Shown: positions 1 through 12,711 of the stretch, piece by piece
Numbering within the stretch: the first letter of the stretch is position 1
Layout: the number at the start of each line of letters is the position of its first letter
DNA from: Vicugna vicugna
Taxonomy: Eukaryota
NCBI GenBank assembly: GCA_013265495.1
Contig: MU057865.1
Span: forward strand, 1,178,001-1,242,000
Direction of reading: 5' to 3'
Length of the DNA stretch: 64,000 nt
Translations under genes and position numbers: made by a program
Notes under the pieces: generated by a model
Database searches by the model: none
Told to the model about the DNA's origin: nothing
Seen by the model: only the letters and a program-made list of their open reading frames with translations

Positions 1-1185
1 CTGCCACTGTTGCCCGTCTTGGCAAGAACATGCCGAGAGGACAAATATAACTAAACAAATGTGCGTTACTCTCTGAGGCTTTAGCTCTCCTTGTTTACTC
101 GACAGGCACCCCCTTTTTGTTTAGAATAGGGGGGTCTAGACTTCAAAACCCAGCTCTAAGCAAGCTGAAGAGTCTGCACTTTATAATGTCAACAAAACCT
201 AGACCTACGTTTGAAATTGACAAGTGCAATTGAAGAAAGGTTCATGCAGTCTGTAGTCATGGGAGAAAAAAATCCAGGGGGATAAAAAAGAGAGAGAGAG
301 ACAAAGGGAATTTGCTGCTGTGGCTGTTAATACAGCCTTGGTCACCCAGCAGGCTTTTTAGAGGGAAGTGTTAATAGTTCCCAATGAGAAGATAAGATCG
401 ATATTCAGGGGACATGACTCTTGAGCGGGACCTTGAAGAATGAATGAGAGCTGAGAAGCAGAGAGAAGAGAATCGAAAACTCTAAGCAGGTAGCACATCA
501 AGTGAAAGGCACGGAGTGGCTACAACTCTGGGGTAGTTACAGGACATAGGAGAGGGTCTGGTTTCTTCCCACTATCTTTCTCTTCTTCTTACTGAGGTCC
601 TGTCTCCATCACTCGTTACTCCAGTTTTGATTCAGTGAAGGATTCAATGAAGGAAAAAATTATAGTAAAGGATAGTGTGGCTCCCAATCCCGAATAAGCC
701 TCATCACTTTAAACTCTAAGACTACATACGTAGACTTTTATATAACTTTCAAGCTGCGTGTCACTTTTTTCTTTCACGTATCTGATCAAAATTAACTTTC
801 CTCATAAACTTTCCCAAATGAGCTTAAACATTTCCATCTGCATTTAAATTTCTTAAGCTTCTTTCCAAGTTTATTTTTGTGCCTCTCAGTTTGACTTCAG
901 CTTTCAATGAACTAAAATAGAATTGTTTATATTCTTCGCATATCAACTCTTGTCAATTTTCCTCTGTCAATGGTGCTGGGTTTTTCCAGGTTGCCTCTGC
1001 CCCAAACTTGGGTTTGAGGCTTCCTGTGTGTCTCTTTAAACACCCACAGAAAATAAATAATACGCAATCTTCTCATCATACTTTGGTAGCATATACTATC
1101 TCTTCCTCCCGTTTTTTTATTCCCATGGCTAACCACTCAACACAAGCTCATCATAATAGGTTTACTGATCTGCATTCAGAATGTG

Positions 1186-1217
1186 ATGTTTAAGTGATCA
1201 AATGTTTAAGTGATCAA
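1186..1217. repeat. Perfect 16-bp tandem duplication (ATGTTTAAGTGATCAA x2)
   Basis: Read directly: 1186-1201 and 1202-1217 are identical. Confidence 0.95.
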
Positions 1218-4200
1218 ATCTTATACATAACCCAACTCAAACAGAATAACCCTGTATTATTCTATTAGTACCAGTGGAGATAAATCAGAGAAGGTAAAAG
1301 CTGACTACCTCTCTCTGGGAGCTAATACCCACTTCACAGGTTATATCAACTGGCTTCTGAAAGTTCCTGCACTTCCAACATCTCTTCCATGTTGGACGGT
1401 GTGCCCTCTAATGCCGGGTGGGTTTGTCCCCAGTCCCACTCTAGAGCATTCTAATAGCCCGCTATAAAATGAAAATCAAAAAGAAAAAAACAAACAAAAC
1501 AATAAACCAAGCACGCCACCACCTTCCTCCACCCCAACACACACATACACAACAAAACCATGGAAGCCGCTGTTCCAGAAAATTCCACAGGGTTGTATCA
1601 GCAGGACCTCACCCCTCAGAGAAGGCTCTCCAGAGTCAGGGAGGGGTGACAGGGAGACACCTGCTTCTTGTATATGTGAGTGGGTTTTTGTTTTCTACTC
1701 TTATTTCCTCCCTATTTATTATTGTCCATGTTTACCTTGAGAGTCGCCCTAGTTCTGTTTATTTTGTCTGGGTTTGTGCTATTTGTCTGTTTAAACTGAA
1801 TTTCACCCTCGTTCTGTATTTTCTTCCCGAAAGAATCCGATTCCATTGTGAGGCCTTGGTAGACCCGTCTGCCTAACGTAACTGAATCCTGGTTGACTGA
1901 AGACCCCACTGGGATTGAGGATCAGTGCTTGTAACATCAATTCACATCTCTGCAGAAACAGGAAGTGTCTGAGATTGGGCCAGCTGTGCGCTCAGACCAG
2001 AACTTTGTTTTCTTCTTCTTTTATTTCTGTATTTCTTTCCTTTTGTCTTGTGTCCTGTTTATTGACATTTCGTGGAGAAACAGCACAGAGCAGAAAATGT
2101 CAGTTATTTGGGCATTCTCATAACAGTGGTTGCTTTCTTGTTAATCAGTGGTTGTGTGTGTATTTTAAGCTTTCCATCTATTGTCTGCTTTCTCATAAAA
2201 CTCTGTTCTACTTTATTTGTCCAGTGTCAGCCATTGGAGTGTATGCTCTTCAAGGAATGACACGCCAGTACAGAATTTAGCATAATATTCATGCTAAATG
2301 GACCCGGACAGCATTCTAGATTAGCAATAATTTCTTACGAACGAATATGTGAGGTTGTAGAGAAATGCATTTTGTAAGCCTCAATTTTTGCCTATTCTCA
2401 TCCCCAGGAATTACAATAAAATAATATATAAAATTAGTTCTTCTACTTAGGGAATGTTTTGGGAAAAAGAAAATATGTATATAAACTAGGGGGAAAAAAA
2501 CTAAAAAAAGCACTTAGAAAAGATCTTGATGTGTACAGTGGAATATATATCTGAAGAGTCAATTAATTTAAAATATATGAATGGTCAGTGTGGTTGTTAA
2601 ATGATCTAGGAAATTTAAATAAAAGTCCACTCCTTTTTACCTTCTCCTTATGACTTCACCTCTCATAATAGCCTATATTTATTCATATTGACCAGTTCAA
2701 TTTCTTCATAGGTTTCCTATTACATTGCTGTGATATGCAGATATGTGTGTTTCTACACAGAGTGTAAGCTACATCCGTTCCTTTAACACGAACCTGGAAG
2801 CAAAAAGGGCCACTGTTATTGCCGAGTATTATTCCTGCCCGAGAGATGACAGGAGAGGCAGAAACTATTTGGAGCTCCGTCTGAATTGCAGTTTTAAGCA
2901 CATCTGATGTAGTACGTGTCTGGAGGTGGCATCGCTAACCTTTTTATCAACTGGGTTCCATGGATCAGAATAAATGATAACAATAGCTCACCGCCTTATG
3001 CTGGACAGATTTGCTACTTGAAAAACGATCGGGGGTCCTATTAAGAGAGGACACACCGCCCTAATGGGGAGCGGATCACAGGCCGGGTCTCCCGGCGGCT
3101 GCATCGCTCTGTGTGAGGGGACGTGACCTTGCCTGTCTTTTTCCCGGGGATCAGTTGAATGATGAACTTCTTTTCTTTTCCTGAATTGTTACTGCAAGAA
3201 GAGAGGAAGGATTGCAGATTTTTTTTTTCTTGTCCTTCAGAAAAGAGACATGGCCCATTTTAACATCCCCATTATCTATGTGTCTGTCCACAAAAGCACC
3301 ATTTGAAAAAGCCCTGTGGTGCCACAATGATGACAAGCCCTTTCTAATGCCACCCTCTCTGCCCACAGTGTGCCTGGAGCTCCATTTTCACACTTGGAAG
3401 GCCTTTACTAACTGCCCCTAGACCTTCCTTACACCGACCCACCCCTCAGATTTCGCTCTGGTCTTCCCTTTCACGGATCGAATCTCGTTCCTCCTTTTAT
3501 GTCCACATATGGTAGCTCTCCTTCAAGACGTAATTCAAATTCTGCATTCTCTCTGAAGCAGTCCTTACCCATCCTGACTCACAACACTACGTCCTTCTTC
3601 CAAACTGCTATATGTTATTCTCAAGACCCAGTGTAGATAGCGAAACTAACACTGTGTTCATTTATTTTTCATAAGAGAATGAAATGTTGTATTTGATTTC
3701 CTCCCGTTCATCGTCTAGCCCCTTCTTCATTTCCCCAATCACCATCCAGTTTTATGTGTTTCCTCTATAACCTTAAAAATCAATGCATTCATTGAATTTC
3801 AGGGTGTTATTTTGTAGGAAGGCGAGTTTTTTTTTAAATGTATATATAAATTGTATTGTGTGATTGTCTTGTTTTCTTTCTTACATATCACTCTATACGG
3901 AAACAGCAGAAAAAATTAGCTAGATCATAGATGGATAGAGACATGGGTAGATATATGAATGAATAGATAAAGAGAGAAAAAGAGAGAGAGCGAGATGGGT
4001 AGATGGACTGATAGTAGACAGATAAGTTAGGGGAAACCTCACAGACTCATGTCGAAGCGCAAATAGAACCAGCATAGGGGCTGAAAGCAATTAAAACCAA
4101 ACCGCCTTATTCACTGTCTAGTTCTCATTTTAAACTTTTGCCAAACAAACAAACAAATGGAGAATCCTTGGTCAAGAAAGGGCAAGTATTTCTAGGATAG

Positions 4201-5464
4201 TTTCATGACTTAAGGAAGAATGAATGAGTTTGCTTTTAGTCCCACTGTTGCTTAGAGACAAGGACCATTGAACCATCTCAGAGAGAATTCTTCTTACCTA
4301 TGGCTTTGGAAGAGTTAGTGAGTGTGCCGTCCACATCCAGGTGTGAGTGTGGAATGTTCACGCCTGAACTTTCCTCCATCCCAGGCTGAAAAAAATGTGC
4401 AAATTCTGAGGCGTTTAAGACTGAAACTGCTTCAGATAGGTAACTAATTCTCATATAGACTGAAGACAGGGTTGCATTATGACTTTTGTCTTTGTGGATG
4501 TCTTCCTCCATTTTACAAAAAAACAACCAACCGATAATATAGATCATATTTAATGAACCCTGTTGGCCTAAGATGACTATAATGATCCAAGGAGGATTCA
4601 TTATGTATTCATTATTGTTGCATTCACTTTCTTCTGGTTGTAAGATGAGGTAAAACTGAACATTTTTCTGGCCCCTGAAACTGTTATTGACCTTGGGCAC
4701 CTCACCTACTATGCCTGGCAGATAAGCCAGCCCTGAGTGAGGGGAAGGAAATGAATCATGCATCACTCCACCAGCTTGAACAATTCGCACTGACACTTCA
4801 CAGTTTGTAAACCTTTTTAGACATCACCATATTTGGTATTTACAAAGACTCTATGTGGGAGATATCAATGGCACCCGTGTACGCTGACACTAAAGTCTTT
4901 AGAAATGCTCACAATAAATTCTTGCCAGTTGCCCATCACAACTAGGAATCAGTAAGCAACGTACTTTTACAACAGCTCACGTCTTAGTTCTTCAAGGACC
5001 AGTGTGACTTCTTTTCCCCGTTGTAGGATCAGTGTTCAAGTCAGACTTGCTTCTGTTTTGTGCTTGGCTGTCTCATCTTGTCACATTATAGACAAGTTAA
5101 TTTCCCCTTTTGACATGACGCACAGGCTCTTTCTCCTCCCTCATATATGTTGGGCCACATACACAACTACACATATTTATTGATTATATGAAGATGGACA
5201 TAAAGAGCCCTCTTTATGAGCCTCAACTTTTATTCGTGGCAACTGGTACCACCCTATCACCCTCCAAAAAAAAAAAAAAAAAAACAACGCTAACTTTCCT
5301 TAGGAGAATTTAATTTTGAAAAATTGAATATACCTCAAAGCTTCACACAGTTATGGGAATGGCCTATTAACACATTGTGTGTTTGGGGGAAAAAAACTAA
5401 TTTTTGTAAAATATCTGAATTCTATAAGCTTTGTTCTTAAGTGAAATGCAAGTGTCACAAGTCT

Positions 5465-5708
5465 GGGGGGAAGTGGAGTGGGAAGGGATAAACTGGGAGT
5501 TCGAGACTGGCAGATATTGACTGGTAAATATAAAATAGATAAACAAGTTTATGCTGTATAGCACAGGGAAATATACTCAATATCTTATAGCAGCTCATGG
5601 TGAAAAAGAATATGAAAATGAATACATGTATATTCTTGTATGACTGAAGCATTGTGCTGTACACCAGAAATTAACACAACATTGTAAACTGACTATAACT
5701 CAAAAAAA
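5465..5708 (+). mobile_element. 5'-truncated L1 3' UTR end (camelid/cetartiodactyl type)
   Basis: G-rich GGGAAGGGATAAACTGGGAG, AAAATAGATAAACAAG, GCACAGGGAA, TGTATGACTGAA, ACACAACATTGTAAACTGACTAT and an A-tail. Aligns with the 3' end of the ORF2-bearing L1 at 27-29 kb. Confidence 0.9.
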
Positions 5709-6362
5709 GACATAAAAAATCTTAAATTTTTTATTGTCAATTATACCTCAATAAAGCTGGAAAAATACACATTAAACTTTTTAAAAGTCTGAATATTTTG
5801 AAGGGTGTGTATTAAAGTGGAGCTTTTCCTGCTGTCGGTCAGTATTTCTCCCGTGTGTGTGGAGGGAACTGCCTGAAGTGGGCTCCGGCCTCTGTAAATG
5901 CATAACACCGCTCATCTGTCAAGCTCTTTCATTTGAAAATAATGAGCAGCCAAGAGTTTGTAAAACTAAATCTATTAAGAATATTTATGCAGGAAAACTA
6001 TCACTAAATACCTCCATTCACTCATGTAATGAGATTGGCATCACAATAAAATTCTTGTCTTGTAAGATAATGATCTTACGGCTTTTTCTGGCTCTTAAAC
6101 CAAAGATAATTGGGTTAATCTCTGTGGGAAGTCCATCTGTTTCCAGTAAACCATTTTAATTGTGGATGACTTTATTTCAGAAACGTGGAAAAGGTCTTGC
6201 CACTCACTTCCTGCTCTTGCAAAATACTAAGAATGCATACCAAAATTCAAAAATGTAGGTGTGCTGAACATCGGACCACCAGAGTGGATTTGCCAGTGTG
6301 CACATGGTGTGAGATGGGCGATGTTATACTGTATTTATTGAATGCTTTTCATTAAGGATTTA

Positions 6363-6412
6363 AACATTAAATTTCTGGCATTTGTATTTCTGGCATTAAA
6401 TATCTGGCATTC
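6363..6412. repeat. Short imperfect tandem repeat with TCTGGCATT core x3
   Basis: Read directly: ATTTCTGGCATT / ATTTCTGGCATT / ATATCTGGCATT. Confidence 0.85.
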
Positions 6413-7354
6413 ATATCGTTCCTGAGACAAGGACAGAGGGATGTGTCAGTCTTGTGCAGGCAACATGAGATTATGCTCAGGCAAAGTTATAAAACTAACA
6501 ACTTAGGTTGTTTGCAAACCTTCCATACATGGTGCCACGCGTGTGGCATTTGGTTGTATATTACGGTATATTGCGGCATGTTCTAATTGTCTGGTGTATG
6601 AGAATCCAGTGTGTCTGAATCTATTTAGCAAGCTCGTTAAACGTAGAGACGAGTTGGAAGCCTTACGCTCAGCTCAAAGTTGCTAGGCATACATTAGGTG
6701 CTTAATACACTTAAATATTTTCTTTTTGAGCAACAGATTCATTCTTAGTTGAGTTAGATAAGCAGTAATTCTTTCAAAAGAGCAATGGATTTACTTAGGG
6801 AAAAATTCTCAAATACATTTGCCTTAATTTGTGTTTTCTTTTCATATATGCTAGAACATCATTGAACGGAAAGAGATATGTGAATACATTCTCCCTGCCA
6901 GACTCTGGGTCTCAGCTGATGGATTTAACGCCACGTCTACTACTTAGCAGTGGCGACAACCTACTACAGCATCGTTACGATGACCTAAAGAGCTCCCTGT
7001 GCGTGCTAGGCACGATGCGTGGCTTGGCTTTGCTGTAGCCATTGTAATCGGTATAATTATGACCACAGAGAGTCTCGTGCCTGGGCACAGGCTTCTGAGT
7101 GCGGAAGTTCCCAAGGCTGCCTGCCTTGCCTTCTCTTAGTCTTTGCCTGAGTGAGAGGAATCTGGATCAAGTAGCAAACTGCCCGGTAAAACTCACGTTT
7201 AAGAGTTAAAAGAAATGCTTTGGTCTATAATTCATTTCTATGTATTGGAAAGTTACGTTTAGTAAAAGTGATCCATTGGCCGTCATGCAAATAAGAGGGC
7301 CAGCTTCCACACCAAGAAGATAGCAGGGAGCACAAGATACTGGTTGGACTTCTC

Positions 7355-7850
7355 TCATTCAATATATACTTACTGAGCATGTGCCATATGGCAGGGGCTA
7401 CGCTGGGAGCAGAATCAGAGGTGTCTCTGTCACCCACAGCCACTTCCTGTCTTGGGAAAGAGCCAGCCGGCCCTCAGAGGTACACCGATGAAGACCCAAG
7501 CGCGGCTCTGACCAGGGCGACAGACAAGAATGACAGAGGTGCTCAAAGAGTGGGTCACAGAGAGGTTTAACCTGGAATGTGTCCCCTGGAAAGGCTTCTT
7601 TGAGGTCACACTGTTTGAGATAGAATTTGTGCTGGCTACTAGGGCAGAGATGGTGTTGAGGATGGCATTGATTGCGGTGTTCCAGAAACAGGGAGCATTA
7701 CGCGGGAAGCTTCTTTGATGAAAGGGAGCAGAGCATATTTGAGACTCTGTAGTGCAGGGATGGAGGGTGACTAGCAACACATAGAAGCCATTGCAGGGCT
7801 GAAGGCCATGATAAGATATTCTCTATCTTAAACATATAAGACCTCTGAGT
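7355..7850 (-). mobile_element. Degraded L2 LINE 3' portion
   Basis: CATTCAATATATACTTACTGAGCA...TGCCATATGGCAGG resembles the reverse complement of the L2 tail, followed by purine-rich L2-like body. Boundaries approximate. Confidence 0.55.
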
Positions 7851-7879
7851 GTTTATTTTTTAATTAATAAGTTAACTAA

Positions 7880-8180
7880 TTAACTTCTATTGTGGTAAAA
7901 TGTATGTAACATAAACTTTATCGCTTTAACTATCTTTAAGTGCATCATTACCTGCATTGACAACACTGGGCGACCATCACCATTTTCAGAATATTATCAT
8001 CATGCCAAACAGAAACTCCGTGTCCATTAAGTAATAACTCTCCATTCCTCCTTTCCCCCGGGCTCTGATGACCTCCATTCTGTTTTCTGTCTCTATGAGT
8101 TTGCCTACTCCAGGTACTTCTAAGTGGCATCGTACGAAATGTGTCTTTCTATATATGACTTATTTTATTTAACATGATAT
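7880..8180 (-). mobile_element. Old L1 (L1MB-like) 3' end
   Basis: TATTGTGGTAAAAT...AACAGAAACTCCGTGTCCATTAAG...CCATTCTGTTTTCTGTCTCTATGAGTTTGCCTACTCCAGGTAC matches the reverse complement of the L1MB 3' UTR. Confidence 0.8.
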
Positions 8181-11095
8181 GCACTGAGGGTTTATTCATA
8201 GTCTCCACCAAATGGGGGAATGAAGTCAAATATATGTTCCTGAGTTCCACTTCAGAGGTAGGGTGGGGAATACAGGAGACAGGTGTGGGGAGAGCTCCCA
8301 GGAGGGCGCTGTGATTCTCATGATGAGAGACCGTGGAGTCTGGCTGAAAACATTGATAGAAGAGAAGGGGGAGAAAAATCAGTGGATTGAAGAGATAGTT
8401 TAGATGAAACTATTGCTTTAAATGAACTTACCATCCATTTCAAGGACTTGAAGCAAATATAAAGAACGGTCATGCTGATTTATTATAATAATTACAGAGC
8501 TATATAGAGCCATATAGAATCAACAGATATTAATTTAATAAAATGGCGCCTAATGATTGGCTAAGCAAGACACAGTTCAGATGAGAATAACAGACATAAG
8601 GTACAGAACACGGAGAGAGCAAGGTAAGGCAGGAGGATCAAATGTCAGACCCTGGGATTTAGACCAGGCTCATCACAGCTATAGAAATTCTAAGAGGAAA
8701 AAAAAAATGTGAGAAATGGGGAAACCAAGGAAGGCTTCATGGAGGAGGTAGGATTGAGCTGACCCTGGTCACAGGACAGGGTTTGGTTGCATGGAGGATA
8801 AGGGGGAGCTTATCCCAGGAATGACTAAGTCAGAGTGTTCACAAAATGCCATGTTCGTCCAGCCGCAGTGAAACCTCAGAAATGGATGAGAATTTTCTCA
8901 GAGGAAGAGAAGCAATGTTTCCACATGTATTTAGACAATAATAAATAATGCAGGAGCCGAAAATCGATTTCATGAAAGACAATCTTTCTTTCAACTTATC
9001 CCCAGTATGCCCTAAAATGGTGGCATTAGACACTCTTTTGCCCTGAAATGACTCCACGGGGATCAGCGGAAATCTTTTAATTTGGAGCAGCATCCCCAGT
9101 TCAATGCGAAGACCAGATCCGATCTTCTAACTAAGCTTAATAATGTGCTTGAAAGTCTAGAACAAACAGCCAGAAAATAAATGTCTTCTCTAACACGCTG
9201 GAAAACTCAGATCTGCCTGTCAAGGAACTGTGTCCACTTCACACTGCCAGGAAAATCGCATTAGTCTCTGAAGCAACTCATATCAGCAGGTGAAGGAGAT
9301 AAGCAACGAGGCAGAAGAAGAACAAGAGGAAGACTGGATGTGCAGAGCCATCCACGGTGAGGCAAGATATGGATTTGAAACTATAGTTGACCACACTGGT
9401 AAGGGGCAAAGAAGGCAGCGTTTTCTCAGAGGTGAACAAATGACATTTCAAAGCACTTTCTGTGTGTTTGAACCTCTCACGGGACCTGGTGTTGGTGCAG
9501 AGAGGAGAGAGAGGTGATTGCATGAGGCCAGCGCCCTTTGTTTAGAAAAAGGCATTTTCTGATTAGAATCTCCATTGAAGGCTTGGGAAATGATGGATGA
9601 AAATATATTCTAATAAGGCCATACATCTTCCTTTGATTTTAACTACAAGTCTCCCCATAACTGTGTTTGGCTTTAGTTTTACATTGGGTCCACCAATGAT
9701 TCAGTTAGAAATGACTTTCTCTCCTCAGTCTGTACTGCTGCAAACAGCACCAGATCAGGCAAATTTCTAACACCACCTCTGGAGAACTGAGTGTAGAATG
9801 CAGTATTTTCAGACCAAAAAAAAAAAAAAAAAGGTCAGAAAATAAGTGTCATGGTACTTCAAGAGTCACCGTGGCTGGGGGATCAGAGGTGTTGTGGACC
9901 AGGTCCACCAGGAGTGGACTCGTGACGGTTAGAACCTTCTATCAAGCATAAGGGAGAGAGTGTGCTTCCAGGAGGGGCAGGCATGTGAACGAGGGAAGGT
10001 GAGCAAAGGGAAGGATGAGGACGTGTTGGGATGACAGTTCTGTCAGCGAAGTCCTGGATGGAAGAGCAGAATGAGATTCCGTGAAAGGAGTGTTGGCTCT
10101 CAGTTACAAAGATGGTGTGACTTCATTGTGGGGCCTCAGTGACTTTTTAGAAAGCTAGAGATTTAGTAAAAGGATTTTTTTTTAATGTTTAACAAGTGGA
10201 CAAGGAGTAGGTTGGAAGACAAATGGAAGTCCAAGGGTCAAGGTTGGAAACTTTTGCCATGGTTCAGGGGTAAAGGAGTCAGGACCCGATTCATGGTGGC
10301 CCAAGCAAAGTCAAAGGAAGAAGCCAGGGTGGGAGCCCTCAGAAGATGCCAGCCTTCCCTCCCCTGGTGGACCCGGGCTCTGACCTCAGACAGGTTGGGC
10401 TCACTATCCTGTGAGCAGACTTGCTAAAGAGCTTGTGATGACCAAGTGAAAGCTTGAGAGGACTTGTGTAGGAGGTAGAAAAGCCCACCGCCCAAGCAGA
10501 ACCATGGTGTTGCACCAGGAGTGGCACCCCTGGACTGAATGCAGATGAGGATCTGGGGACAGAGTGATTGACTGTATGGAGAGAGAGGGTGTGGGCCTTA
10601 CCAGTGACCTCGGGTCATTTGGTGGGGCAGAAGAGGGTCGAGTTGTGGTTGGGGCAAGGACAACAGTTACAGTAGTTCCCCAGGACTTCATTAATCCCCA
10701 AGAAGGTTGCCAAGGGCCCCTTACACCTTAGTAGCCCCTCTGTAAGAAGTTGTCTTCATTATTTAAGCACCTACCCAATTAAGGGTGTTGGTTCCACAGA
10801 GACAGAGCTTGCTGGGTTTTAGGTAATGAAATTTTTTTCCTAAGAGATAGTGTTACTTGTCAGGAGTTCTGGATCTTCAGAGAGGACTCAAATTATTCTG
10901 AACCCTAATTGTACTTGAGAACAACCTTTTAGAAAGTGAGAGGATGGGGTCTCCCTGAGCTGATTAAATCTTAATCTTTGAGGTGGGCAGCGTGATTCTT
11001 ATTATTTTGTTTGGCGCTTCAAAGAGGCTAACAAAGGGTTTTGATTGATGTTTCTTTCAGCATGGATTATTCACATCTGACTCACTTCAGACCCA

Positions 11096-11298
11096 CATGA
11101 ACCGGTACAGTGTCTCCACCGAGGAAGGAAAACAGTTCCCAGCCATGGGCCGTGGTCAGCAGCCAGATGAGCTGAGTGTAAAGGAGGACAAGGTGGTTGG
11201 GCACCAAATGAACAGCCAAGAGACAGTTGGTTCTCCCTTTTCATTTGTGTCCCCAAGGAGCTGATGTAACGCCAAGAGCAATGTTTACCCAGAGCTTG
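11096..11298 (+). repeat. Copy A of a ~200-bp dispersed direct duplication (partner 12511-12711)
   Basis: Manual alignment: 11097-11231 vs 12512-12646 has 27 mismatches in 135 nt and no gaps. Similarity continues about 65 nt further with small indels. Confidence 0.92.
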
Positions 11299-12183
11299 AT
11301 CAGAACACTGTCAAAAAGGCAGACTCCTCATGGTGTCTAGCAGTTCTGAGAAGCACCGCATTCTGAGAACTAGTAGCGTAGAGGAATTGAGATCCCCTGG
11401 ACACCTCCATGGATGCGTTCTAAGTCAAGTCTGGAAGGGGAATCTTTGAAATGAGATTTTTTCCTCTGAATATTATCTTTGGGGTATTCTGAAACCACAA
11501 AGGCAGCTTAAAACTCTTCGCTGAAAATGTGCAATGATACCACTGGGTCTCGAGGTTACAGCCTGAGTAGAGGCTGGTGCCCTGAGCTGTTGCAGAATTT
11601 TCCCTAAAGCTGCCGTATCTTTTAAATAAATGATGACTGAAATCCTTGCGATCCCAAAGATTATTAGTAAACTGAGCCCCGACGAGCTGTCTCCGACAGA
11701 CATCCACTGGGCCTCTCCTGCGTGGAGGGCACAGAGAAACACACATGTGGGAAACACAACCATGCACTAAGAGATGTTAGACCTACCTTAGAAAGGAAAG
11801 CCAAATACAAAAAAATGTAGAAAGTACGATCTATCTAACTTTATATTTTAAAATTTCAGATTTGGGAACTGAGATCAAGGACTTATTTATTAGTTATTGT
11901 TTTCCATTTGATATCAGCCACGCTCGACAGATCACTCCAGCTAATATCCCCTGCAAATAGAATCTTCCTAACCTTCCTATGGCTTGGGTACCAAAACACA
12001 TGATTAGTTTGAATAATCATAGTTTTAAAATGTATAGTTTTTATTCATTTGAATCTGGCCACTAGATTCAGCATCCTCTTGGTGCACCTGCCCTTGTTAC
12101 AGACAAAACATTGACCCAGAACGAGGCTGGTAATTCGCTCCTTGCATCATTTTGAAATGTGATAGCTTTATCATATTTACACA

Positions 12184-12239
12184 CATGTAATTCACATGCA
12201 TGTAATTTCATACATGTAATTTTCATACATGTAATTTTC
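12184..12239. repeat. Four-unit minisatellite, CATGTAAT(T)nC core
   Basis: Units start at 12184, 12199, 12213 and 12228. Confidence 0.9.
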
Positions 12240-12510
12240 CTGTCAAGGAATTAAGTTTTCCGTTCTTTCTCTCTCTCTCTTTTTTTTAACCCATTATTTA
12301 CTTTCCAGGAGTCAAACCCATTGCCTTATAATTTTCTGTTCTCATTTTCTTTGCTTGTACTTTTCAGCAGGCTTCAATCACCTTCCCCTCCCCACAGAGT
12401 TAGTAAACAATCTCCCACGTTCATGAAGCCACTTAACGATCAAATATTTTATATTTACTGCCCACTGGAATCTGAATCATGATCATTATCATTAACCAAC
12501 TGCTCCGAAG

Positions 12511-12711
12511 CATGAACCAGTACAGTGCATACATCGAGCCGGGAGAACAGTTTCCAGCCAGGGGCAGTGGACGGTGGCCTGATGAGCTCCGTGTAAAAGA
12601 GGACAAGGTGGTTGGGCACCGGACCGACAGCCAAGAGGGAGTTGGTATCTGAGTTTTTATTTGTGCCCCCAAGGGGTTGATATAAAGCTAAGAATGTTTA
12701 GCCAGAACTTG
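12511..12711 (+). repeat. Copy B of a ~200-bp dispersed direct duplication (partner 11096-11298)
   Basis: Same alignment as copy A. Shares the identical 22-mer GAGGACAAGGTGGTTGGGCACC. Confidence 0.92.

Noticed and set aside
4278..4796. 172-aa minus-strand ORF as a single-exon gene
   Set aside because: Non-ATG start and a composition typical of translated AT-rich DNA. Only the 88-nt spliceable part is retained as a candidate.
5709..5790. 3' transduction downstream of the 5465 L1
   Set aside because: TGTCAATTATACCTCAATAAAGCTGGAAAAA looks like the tail of an older L1MA/MB element, and the putative TSD AAGTCTG is too short to trust.
8296..8312. CTCF site CCCAGGAGGGCGCT (also ~51527-51543 and ~59703)
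   Set aside because: Several mismatches at core positions. Cannot be supported without a PWM score or ChIP data.
12184..12239. CRISPR-like array (also 6363-6412)
   Set aside because: The units are nearly contiguous with no unique spacers, and the context is mammalian.
11096..12711. The two duplicated units as LTRs of one provirus
   Set aside because: No TG...CA termini, primer-binding site, polypurine tract, TSD or retroviral internal sequence is visible.
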